DNA of 64,000 bases from NCBI GenBank assembly GCA_030059665.1, contig JANVYR010000002.1, forward strand, positions 32,001 to 96,000. The letters are read 5' to 3'. The notes under the pieces were generated by a model, which was not told the DNA's origin, did not search any database, and saw nothing but the letters and a program-made list of their open reading frames with translations. Shown in pieces: positions 56,136 through 64,000 of this stretch. Each line of letters opens with the position of its first letter. Position 1 is the stretch's first letter. The position numbers were made by a program, and so were the translations under genes. This stretch comes from Candidatus Calditenuis fumarioli (GTDB taxonomy: Archaea; Thermoproteota; Nitrososphaeria_A; Caldarchaeales; Calditenuaceae).

Positions 56136-57827
56136 TCAGTACGGGAACCTCCTCCTGCGCCCGAGAACCAGCGAAGCTCCCAGCAGGGCCGCGATCACGG
56201 CCAGAAGCGCCGGCACGACGTAGGTCGATACTGGCTCGGCGAAGTACTGGGTCGAGGTGGTCGTGGTGCTGAGGGTCGTGGTGGTCGATTGGGTCAGGGT
56301 TGTGGTCGTTGAGTAGGTCGTGGAGTAGGTAGTTGACTGGGTGATCGTCGTCGTCTCGGTCCTGGTGGTGCTCTGCGTCTGGGTGACTGTAACGGTCACA
56401 GAGCCGGTTGAGGTGGTGAAATGGGTGGACGTCTGGGTGATGGTCGTGGTCCTGACGTCGAAGACGGTGGTCGTCGACCCTACAACTGAGGTGACGGTTG
56501 TGGAGAGGGTCGCGGTCGTGAGCGCGGTGCTGGTGGTCGTTGTTGCCACCACTATGTTGTCCGGGCAGAACCAGCTGTAGAAAGCATCGCCCGCTGCGGG
56601 CGAGTTGAAGGTAGGCGTGAACCCGGTCGCTGTTGTTGGCGGGAAGGCCGGCGTGATCGAGAGCGGGGCTATTGAGGGCGTCGGAGAGGCTATCGTGAAG
56701 CTCAGCGTCCCCGTCGTCAAACCGTCGAGCACGGCGTAGAATGCGGGCCAGTTGTCGCTGAACCCGGCGTAGATCAGGCACGATCCGGTGGAGGCCGAGT
56801 CCTGTGCGATCTGAGCGGAGGCGTCCCTTGCGAGGACGAAGGCGTGCGATAGCTCTCCGTCTGATGGTCGAACTGCGATGAGTGCCGCGTCCGCTGAGCC
56901 GAAGACGTCGGTCCTTCCGACGCCGTAGATCAAACCTCCGACGACCGAGACGGACACCGGATCTTCAAAGGATGGGGTGCCGACCGTCTTCGCGAACTCG
57001 AGGTTCAGGGTTGCAGCATCCAGCTTCATGAACAGGAAGTCTCGATTTCCTGAGATTTCGTAAGCGGCTACCACGTACACCTTGCCCCCAACGACCGCAA
57101 TGCCCCTTCCTTCCTCGATCTGGGAGGTTGCGAACGTCCTGGACAGCTCGTGGTTTCCCGATCCCGCGTCGAACCTAGACACGAAGACGTCTCCGGTCTC
57201 GGTCCTTCCGGTGACGTAGAGCTTGCCCCCTGCGAGGGCCACCGAGTTGGCGAAGTCGTTACCGCTTGTTACCCTGAAGAATTTCGTCCATACCACGGAG
57301 AAGTCCGCGGTCCGCACGGCCATCACGAACGGTGCGTCTGCTGCTTTTCCGACAACGTAGAGGACGCTGCCGTCATCGCTCACCGCGATGTCTCCCGGAA
57401 TATCTGATGACTCGATGTCGTACACCGCTGCGCCAAGCACGTTGCAGTTCGTGTCGAACTTGACCAGCAGCACGTTGGGTGGGTTCGGACCGAAGTTCGT
57501 GTCTCCCAGCGCGTACACGTTCCCTCCTCCGACGGCCACCTTCCAACCGCGCTCGAAGATGCCGCTTCCGAGGTCGACGGCGACGCTGCACCTGTGCAAG
57601 TTGTCGGAGAGCCTGAAGATCGAGAGGAAGAGGTTTGGTGTGTTGGGGCCGAAGCTCTGGGTCTCGCCAACCACGTAGATGTTGCTGGAGTCTACCGCAA
57701 TCCCCCTCGCGAAATCAGGGTTTGATCCGCCGAAGAGCTGCCTGAACGTCACGAGCTCTGCGTCGACTACCGCGAGCTGCGCCGTCAGGAGCGCCATCAG
57801 GACCAGCAGCAGCCACGCTTTCCCCAT
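56136..57827 (-). CDS. Secreted beta-propeller surface protein with Thr-rich stalk and C-terminal TM/basic tail
   Basis: Signal peptide; repeats of the type GIAV..S.IYVVG.T.SFG; Thr tract; LLAVIAALLGASLVLGRRRR. Confidence 0.8.
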   Translation of the reverse strand: MGKAWLLLVLMALLTAQLAVVDAELVTFRQLFGGSNPDFARGIAVDSSNIYVVGETQSFGPNTPNLFLSIFRLSDNLHRCSVAVDLGSGIFERGWKVAVGGGNVYALGDTNFGPNPPNVLLVKFDTNCNVLGAAVYDIESSDIPGDIAVSDDGSVLYVVGKAADAPFVMAVRTADFSVVWTKFFRVTSGNDFANSVALAGGKLYVTGRTETGDVFVSRFDAGSGNHELSRTFATSQIEEGRGIAVVGGKVYVVAAYEISGNRDFLFMKLDAATLNLEFAKTVGTPSFEDPVSVSVVGGLIYGVGRTDVFGSADAALIAVRPSDGELSHAFVLARDASAQIAQDSASTGSCLIYAGFSDNWPAFYAVLDGLTTGTLSFTIASPTPSIAPLSITPAFPPTTATGFTPTFNSPAAGDAFYSWFCPDNIVVATTTTSTALTTATLSTTVTSVVGSTTTVFDVRTTTITQTSTHFTTSTGSVTVTVTQTQSTTRTETTTITQSTTYSTTYSTTTTLTQSTTTTLSTTTTSTQYFAEPVSTYVVPALLAVIAALLGASLVLGRRRRFPY

Positions 57828-57975
57828 GGCGGTTAGAGCCGCGCACGTTCGTGATTTAGCCTTTGACGTTCCAAGCCGCAATAGAATTCCAACGTATCAC
57901 GTACGTCAATCGCTACGTTCCTCCGGACCGCTTCGGCGCTTCACGAGCGGGATAGACCGCGGCCGCTCCAGGACC

Positions 57976-59115
57976 TCAGTACCTGGGTATGGACGGGTCT
58001 ATCCGGGCAGCGTAGGCGTCGATGCCACCAGCGAGGTTGTAGCTCCTCGTGATGCCTATGTCGCGCAGCAGCTTCACCGCGAGCGCGCTCCTCTGACCCG
58101 TGTGGCAGTAAACTATCACCTTCTTGGTCTGGTCGATCTCGTGCAGCCTGGAGGTCAGTTGGCTCAGCGGTATCAGCTTCGCGCCGGGTATCCTGCAGAT
58201 CTCCCACTCCACCGGCTCCCGGACGTCGATGATCTCGATCCGCTCGCCCTGATCCAGCATCCTCTTGAACTCCTCGGGCGTGATGCTGAAGCCCGCACCT
58301 ATCTCCTCACCTGTCACCCTGACGCCGCAGAAGGCCTCGTAGTCGATCAGCTCCCTTATCGTCGGGTTGTCGCCGCAGACGGGGCAGTTCCTGTCGCGCT
58401 GGAACGAGAGCTCCCGGAACGTCATCGAGAGCGCGTCCACCAGCAGCAGCCTCCCTATCAGCGGCCTCCCTATGCCGAGGATCAGCTTCAGGGCCTCGTT
58501 CGCCTGTAGAGCGCCCACTATGCCCGGCAGCACCCCCAGCACCCCACCCTCAGCGCAGGAGGGCACCAGACCCGGCGGTGGAGGCTCGGGGTAGAGGCAC
58601 CTGTAGCACGGCCCCTTACCCGCGTAGAACACCGAGACCTGCCCGTCGAACCTGAAGATGCTCCCGTAGACCAGAGGCTTCCTGAGCATGACGCAGGCGT
58701 CGTTGAGCAGGTACCTCGTCGGGAAGTTGTCGGTCGCGTCGATCACCAGGTCGTACTCCCTGATGATGTCCAGCGCGTTGCTCGAGTTGATCACCGTGTC
58801 GTAGTGCTTCACCTCGATCATCGGGTTCAGAGCCTTCAGCCTCCGGGCGGCCACCTCGGCCTTGCTCTTTCCCACGTCCTCGGTGGTGAAGAGGATCTGT
58901 CGCTGGAGGTTCGTCTCGTCCACTTCGTCGAAGTCCACGATCCCTATCCTGCCGACGCCTGCAGCGGCCAGGTACATCGAGACCGGCGATCCGAGGCCTC
59001 CTGCGCCCACGACCAGAACCTTCGCAGCCTTCAGCCTCTTCTGCCCCCTCATCCCGACCTCAGGCATGATCAGGTGCCTGCCGTAGCGGCGTATCTCCGG
59101 GAAGCTCAGGGCCAC
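57976..59115 (-). CDS. moeB: MoeB/ThiF/UbaA E1-like adenylyltransferase with rhodanese domain
   Basis: RYGRHLIMPEVG, GAGGLG, DFDEVD.TNLQRQ, CYRC, C..GGVLG, CPVC, DVRE..E, YCHTGQRS; GTG start behind GAGGAG. Confidence 0.93.
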   Translation of the reverse strand: MALSFPEIRRYGRHLIMPEVGMRGQKRLKAAKVLVVGAGGLGSPVSMYLAAAGVGRIGIVDFDEVDETNLQRQILFTTEDVGKSKAEVAARRLKALNPMIEVKHYDTVINSSNALDIIREYDLVIDATDNFPTRYLLNDACVMLRKPLVYGSIFRFDGQVSVFYAGKGPCYRCLYPEPPPPGLVPSCAEGGVLGVLPGIVGALQANEALKLILGIGRPLIGRLLLVDALSMTFRELSFQRDRNCPVCGDNPTIRELIDYEAFCGVRVTGEEIGAGFSITPEEFKRMLDQGERIEIIDVREPVEWEICRIPGAKLIPLSQLTSRLHEIDQTKKVIVYCHTGQRSALAVKLLRDIGITRSYNLAGGIDAYAARIDPSIPRY

Positions 59116-59356
59116 GTACTCCTCGCCCTTAACCACCGGTTCGAGGCTCTGGAGCTCGACCACCTCGCGGATCCCAAGATCAGGCGGTATTTCAACCGGA
59201 ACCCCGTCCCGGAGGCCCGCAGGGAAACCGGCAGCCCGATCAGACCATCGCCCTTCTCGGCCCCTCTGCCGGTCCTTGTCTCGGTATCCGCACCCGGTTT
59301 CCAATTTCCGTCAGAAAACTTTAATACAAGTTACGGATTGAGGAAGAGGAGTTCCG

Positions 59357-59803
59357 ATGTCGGCGGTCTGGCTCGACGACATAGACCGGAAGATACTCGA
59401 GCTCCTCTCACAGGACGCGAGGACCTCCTACAAGCAGATGGGTGAAGCGGTGGGCCTCTCCGAGGGTGCCGTGAGGAAGAGGGTGAAGCGGCTGGTCGAG
59501 CAGGGAGTGATCAAGAGGTTCACGGTGGTCATCGACGACAAATCGGTGATCAAGGCCCTTACCATGATCAACGTGGACCCTTCGGTGCCGACGCCTGCGG
59601 TGGCCGAGTCGCTGATGAAGATCGAGGGGGTTCAGGAGGTTTACGAGGTGACGGGGGTCTACGACGCCATAGCGCTCATCATGGCATCCGACATGAACAT
59701 GCTGAACCGGTGCATCGACAGCGTCCGTAGGGTCCGGGGCGTCAGGAACACGAACACCTGCATCATCCTGAAGTCCGTCCAGCCGCAGTCCCGAAGCCGT
59801 TGA
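59357..59803 (+). CDS. Lrp/AsnC transcriptional regulator
   Basis: LDDIDRKIL..L..DAR, GLSEGAVRKRVKRL, VTGVYD. Confidence 0.92.
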   Translation: MSAVWLDDIDRKILELLSQDARTSYKQMGEAVGLSEGAVRKRVKRLVEQGVIKRFTVVIDDKSVIKALTMINVDPSVPTPAVAESLMKIEGVQEVYEVTGVYDAIALIMASDMNMLNRCIDSVRRVRGVRNTNTCIILKSVQPQSRSR

Positions 59804-59840
59804 ACTGAAGCTTAAATGAAGGGAGCTGTGGGTTGTTTTC

Positions 59841-60515
59841 GTGGACAAGACGATATTCTGGTTGTCCGTGCTGTTGATCCTGAGCGGGGCCGCGGGGATC
59901 TTCATCACGTACGGCGGCATCTCGAGGACCTTCGAGCACGGGATGCAGGCGGTCTCCGCGCTGCTGATGCTCATGGGGATCCTGATGCTTCCGGGAGGGA
60001 TCTTCAGGGGAGGGCCGCCGAGCGTCAAACCGAGGCAGGGCCTGATGCTCGGTGTAGCCGTCTTCGCGATCGCCACCGGCCTCACCTTCGCCGCGGTCGT
60101 AGGCTACGGCCCCTTCGGGAATCTGTACAAGAGGAGCGTAGAGATCGGTGAAGCGCCGATCACCGTCCACGTCTCGATCATACCGGGTTCGTGGGACCCC
60201 AGACAGACGGAGAACTTCGTTCCCAAGAACATACGCGTCATCCTCTTCGTGAACCACACGGTCGTCTGGACCAACAACGAGGAGCTGGACGTAGCCCACA
60301 CAGTGACGAGTGACGGTGACCTCTTCGACTCGGGCCTCTTCGGTAAGGGCGAGTCGTTCAAGTACAACTTCGGGCGCGAGGGGGTCTACACGTACCACTG
60401 CGTACCGCACCCGTGGATGAGGGGGTCCGTGACCGTCGAGAGGGTGCCCGATGAGCAGGTCAACGCCATCCTCGAGGCGCTGGGCGTGAAGCAGCAGGAG
60501 ACCTCAGGCGGTTGA
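59841..60515 (+). CDS. Membrane-anchored cupredoxin (type-1 copper) protein
   Basis: Three TM helices followed by WTN...AHTVTS...FDSG...YHCVPHPWMRG (His, Cys, His, Met ligands). Confidence 0.88.
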   Translation: MDKTIFWLSVLLILSGAAGIFITYGGISRTFEHGMQAVSALLMLMGILMLPGGIFRGGPPSVKPRQGLMLGVAVFAIATGLTFAAVVGYGPFGNLYKRSVEIGEAPITVHVSIIPGSWDPRQTENFVPKNIRVILFVNHTVVWTNNEELDVAHTVTSDGDLFDSGLFGKGESFKYNFGREGVYTYHCVPHPWMRGSVTVERVPDEQVNAILEALGVKQQETSGG

Positions 60516-61079
60516 TCAGTCCCTGACCCTCTTCCTCAGCACCCAGGCGTTCAGGGCGAGCAGGGCCGCACCGACGTATCCCGGAACGAGGCCCAGCGTT
60601 CCGGCAAGCCCTATCCCGAGGGCCACAAGGACCAGCGATGGAGCCCACCCGCAGCAGAGGTAGAAGGCGGATGCCATGAAGCCGAGCACCGCGCCTGCCA
60701 GTGACCCGCCCGAGACGACGAGGCACGTCCTTATCCTTCCGGTGACGTAAAGGGCCATCAGGTAGTAGACGTTGATCGCCAGCAGCACAGACATCGCCAA
60801 CCCGAGTCCGAACGCGAGCCACCTCACGGTGAGCACGAAGCCTTCGCCGATCACCTGCGTCGCCGGTCCGGTGTAGGTCTGCGACTCGATGAAGGCCGGG
60901 ACCAAGATCAGCCCCCTCACCCCGACAGGCGGCGCGGCGCTGTATGTGACCGAGCCGGAGAGGAGCGAGTAGCCGATGAGGTAAGCGATACCCGCAGCTA
61001 CCGAGAGCGCCCCCGGCATCAGGCCCCAGCCGGCCCTTGCTTCAGCTCTCGGCCCCAGCGAGACCATGTCCACCTTCAA
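60516..61079 (-). CDS. Hypothetical membrane protein with CC motif
   Basis: Four hydrophobic segments; YLCCGW. Confidence 0.6.
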   Translation of the reverse strand: MKVDMVSLGPRAEARAGWGLMPGALSVAAGIAYLIGYSLLSGSVTYSAAPPVGVRGLILVPAFIESQTYTGPATQVIGEGFVLTVRWLAFGLGLAMSVLLAINVYYLMALYVTGRIRTCLVVSGGSLAGAVLGFMASAFYLCCGWAPSLVLVALGIGLAGTLGLVPGYVGAALLALNAWVLRKRVRD

Positions 61080-61192
61080 ACCGAGCTCCCGAGCTTTACG
61101 GGTATCGCCGGATCACAGTGCCTTCTCCGCACGTTGCATCCTCGGGAATTCGGTTTTTTAATCATGGTTAGGGTGAGGGTCCGGGGGAAAGG

Positions 61193-63382
61193 ATGCCACG
61201 GGTGAAGAAGATCTCGGAGGTCAAGGAGATACTGCGGAACAAGGACCAGATCAGGAACATCGGGATAATCGCACACGTCGACCACGGGAAGACCACGACC
61301 ACCGACTCGCTCCTCGCCGCAGCCGGCCTGCTCTCTCCGGCCCTCGCAGGGAAGGCCCTCGCGCTCGACTACCTCGAGGAGGAGCAGCAGAGGCAGATGA
61401 CGATCAAGGCAGCCAACATATCGCTCTACTACGAGCTGGACGGGAAACCGTACATCATCAACCTGATAGACACGCCGGGTCACGTCGACTTCTCCGGGAG
61501 GGTGACGAGGGCTCTTAGGGCCATCGACGGTGCGATCGTGGTGGTGGACGCTGTGGAGGGCGTTATGACCCAGACCGAGACGGTCATCAGGCAGGCCCTC
61601 GGCGAACGCGTCAAGCCGGTGCTCTACATCAACAAGATCGACAGGCTGATCAAGGAGCTGAGGCTCTCGCCGGAGAAGATCCAGGAGGTCATCAGCAGGA
61701 TCGTGCTGGAGGTCAACAGGCTGATCGAGATGTACGCGGAGCCGGAGTACAAGGACGCTTGGAAGGTCAGCTTCCAGGCCGGAACGGTGGCGATGGGCAG
61801 CTCGAAGGACAGGTGGGGCTTCACGCTCCAGCAGGCACAGAAGAAGGGGATCAAGTTCAGCGACATCCTGAAGGCGTTCAACGAGGGCAACATCGACTGG
61901 CTGAGGGAGACTCTGCCGCTCCACGAGGCGATCCTCGAGATGGTGATCAAGAACCATCCGCCGCCCCACGTGGCCCAGCGCTACAGGATACCGAAGATCT
62001 GGAAGGGCGACATCGAGTCCGAGGTCGGGAAGGACATGATCGAGTGCAACGACGATGGCATACCGGTCATGATCGTGACCGACGTGAAGGTCGACCCGCA
62101 GGCAGGCGTCGTCGCGACCGGCAGGCTCTTCAGCGGCACCGTCAGGGACGGCGACGTTCTCCGGATCGTGGGCCGCAACATAGAGCGCAGGGTTCAGCAG
62201 GTCACGGTCTACATGGGGCCGAACAGGGAGATCGTCAACGAGCTTCCGGCCGGGAACATACCGGCCCTTCTCGGGATCGAGGAGGCGCGAGCTGGCGACA
62301 CGCTCTCGACGATAGACATGGTACCGTTCGAGTCGCTGAAGTACGTCTCGGATCCCGTTGTGACCGTTGCGATCGAGCCGAAGCACAGCAAGGACCTGCC
62401 GAGGCTTGTGGAGTTCCTGAACAAGCTGACGATAGAGGACCCGACGCTGGTCACGACGATCAGGCCCGAGACCGGAGAGTACCTCATCAGCGGAATGGGG
62501 ACCCTCCACCTCGAGATAGCGCTCACGTGGATCCAGAAGGCCGGACTCGAGGTCGTCGCGGGCAAGCCGATAATCCTCTACAGGGAGTCTGTTCTGAAGC
62601 GCGGCAAGGTCTTCGAGGGCAAGTCGCCCAACAAGCACAACAGGATCTACATCTACGTCGAGAAGCTGGAGGACGAAGTCGTCGAGCTCATCAGGAAGGG
62701 CGAGCTCTTCGACGAGATGGACAGGAGGACCATCGCGAAGATCCTGAGGGACCACGGGTGGGACACCGACGAGGCGAGGGGCGTCTGGATGATTGACCCG
62801 AACGGCAACATATTCGTTGACATGACCAAGGGAGCCCAGTACCTCCACGAGACCAAGGCGTACATCCTCAGCGGCTTCCAGCGCGTTATCCAGGAGGGAC
62901 CTCTGGCGGGCGAGAAGGTCAGGGGATTGAAGGCCGTTCTGGTGAACGTAGACCTCCACGAGGACCCGGTCCACAGGGGCCTCGCGCAGATAGCCCCTGC
63001 AACGTGGAGGGCCGTCTACGCCAGCATGCTGACAGCTGAGCCGACGCTGCTCGAGCCGATCATGAGGATCGACGTGAAGGTCCCGCAGGACTTCATGGGC
63101 GCCGTCACATCGATCATCTCCTCGAAGCGCGGCAGAATCGTGAACGTGACCCAGTCGGAATACGTGACGACCGTCATCGGAGAGATACCCGCGGCCGAGG
63201 CAGGAGACCTGGCTGACCAGATGAGGGCCGCCACGATGGGGAAGGCCTTCTGGGGGATGGAGTTCGCCGCGTGGAGGCCGGTGCCCGCGTCGCTCTTCGA
63301 GAAGGTGGTCATGGAGATCAGGAAGAGGAAGGGGATGCCGCTGAAGCTGCCGACGGTGGAGGACTACGTCGAGGAGGCCTGA
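61193..63382 (+). CDS. fusA: Translation elongation factor EF-2
   Basis: AHVDHGKTT, DTPGHVDF, NKID, KSPNKHN, HEDPVHRGLAQ. Confidence 0.99.
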   Translation: MPRVKKISEVKEILRNKDQIRNIGIIAHVDHGKTTTTDSLLAAAGLLSPALAGKALALDYLEEEQQRQMTIKAANISLYYELDGKPYIINLIDTPGHVDFSGRVTRALRAIDGAIVVVDAVEGVMTQTETVIRQALGERVKPVLYINKIDRLIKELRLSPEKIQEVISRIVLEVNRLIEMYAEPEYKDAWKVSFQAGTVAMGSSKDRWGFTLQQAQKKGIKFSDILKAFNEGNIDWLRETLPLHEAILEMVIKNHPPPHVAQRYRIPKIWKGDIESEVGKDMIECNDDGIPVMIVTDVKVDPQAGVVATGRLFSGTVRDGDVLRIVGRNIERRVQQVTVYMGPNREIVNELPAGNIPALLGIEEARAGDTLSTIDMVPFESLKYVSDPVVTVAIEPKHSKDLPRLVEFLNKLTIEDPTLVTTIRPETGEYLISGMGTLHLEIALTWIQKAGLEVVAGKPIILYRESVLKRGKVFEGKSPNKHNRIYIYVEKLEDEVVELIRKGELFDEMDRRTIAKILRDHGWDTDEARGVWMIDPNGNIFVDMTKGAQYLHETKAYILSGFQRVIQEGPLAGEKVRGLKAVLVNVDLHEDPVHRGLAQIAPATWRAVYASMLTAEPTLLEPIMRIDVKVPQDFMGAVTSIISSKRGRIVNVTQSEYVTTVIGEIPAAEAGDLADQMRAATMGKAFWGMEFAAWRPVPASLFEKVVMEIRKRKGMPLKLPTVEDYVEEA

Positions 63383-63390
63383 CCCCGGGA

Positions 63391-63999
63391 TCAGACCTCC
63401 ACGCCTATCATGTCCGTGTAGAGCTTGAGGGTGTTCTCGAGGGCCTCCTCGGCCCATTCCCTCATCTCGTTTCTCACAGGCCCCTTGATCCTGCCCGACT
63501 CCATGACGACCAGCTCGTCGCAGAGGTAGTAGGCCTCAAGTGGATCGTGGGTCACGAAGACCGTCGGCACGTCCAACCTCCTGAGGGTCCTCAGCACCAT
63601 CACCTTGTTCGGGAAGTCCAGTGCCTGAGTCGGCTCGTCGAGTATCAGGACCTTGGGCCCCTTCAGGAGGGCCGTGGCTATGTTGAGGAGCTGCCTTTCG
63701 CCACCGGAGAGGCCGGACTTGGCCAGCAACCCGTCGAGCCCCAGGTTCTCGACGACCCACCTGAAATCGGTCCCGTGGAGGCGCGCGAAGTAACGCAGCT
63801 GCTCAGCAGGCCTGAAGGGCAGGACCACCCGCTCCTGAGGCAGGTAGGCTATCGGCCTCCTCTCCGTGGGCAGGTCCGTGACGTCCACCCCGTCGACGAT
63901 CACCCTCCCCCTCTCGTTCCTCAGTATGCCGACCACCGCCTTGACGAAGGTCGTCTTCCCCGACCCGTTCCGTCCGAGGAGAGCGGTCTTCCCTCTCAC
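63391..63999 (-). CDS. ABC transporter ATPase (ModC/WtpC-like); may continue beyond the window
   Basis: GRNGSGKTT, LSGGERQ, LDEPT, VTHD. Confidence 0.88.
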   Translation of the reverse strand: MRGKTALLGRNGSGKTTFVKAVVGILRNERGRVIVDGVDVTDLPTERRPIAYLPQERVVLPFRPAEQLRYFARLHGTDFRWVVENLGLDGLLAKSGLSGGERQLLNIATALLKGPKVLILDEPTQALDFPNKVMVLRTLRRLDVPTVFVTHDPLEAYYLCDELVVMESGRIKGPVRNEMREWAEEALENTLKLYTDMIGVEV

Positions 64000-64000
64000 C

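Noticed and set aside
59116-59304. N-terminal extension of the MoeB-like ORF
   Set aside because: A better GTG start with a GAGGAG ribosome-binding site at 59115 gives the normal family length.
61076-63457. 793-aa antisense ORF opposite EF-2
   Set aside because: Same shadow-ORF effect. The many other overlapping ORFs in the track (e.g. 54959..56272, 34128..35606, 36412..37656) were rejected likewise.

Overview
GC-rich archaeal chromosomal window. Gene content (rpl10e, Cgi121, thermosome, Cdc6, RFC-L, EF-1alpha, EF-2 with an HRGLAQ diphthamide loop, a TackOD1-like protein) suggests a thermophilic Thermoproteota lineage near Nitrososphaeria/Caldarchaeales; this assignment is inference. Positions 1-13.3 kb hold a large type IV pilus locus: an ATPase, a TadC-like protein, seven pilin-like genes forming three paralogous pairs plus one Thr-rich pilin, and a membrane-bound multi-Zn-ribbon protein. 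The rest is mostly housekeeping and metabolic genes, interrupted by three AT-richer accessory islands: 16.6-19.7 kb (PIP-box ORF, PCNA-like fragment, IS110-like gene, IS1595 relic), 24.3-26.3 kb (free-standing LAGLIDADG nuclease) and 40.4-42.1 kb (second IS110-like gene). The best candidate for a new system is the pair of diverged IS110-like DEDD/RuvC-fold genes. Both appear to lack the catalytic Ser-Gly of the IS110 Tnp domain, and each overlaps at its 3' end a conserved, covarying ~125-nt structured element with two short variable segments flanking an internal hairpin (bridge-RNA/TIGR-like guide architecture). A tRNA-Gly-like gene with a non-canonical anticodon loop (GCUCCGG) is also present. 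No CRISPR array or rRNA was seen. All domain calls come from motif recognition, not database searches.
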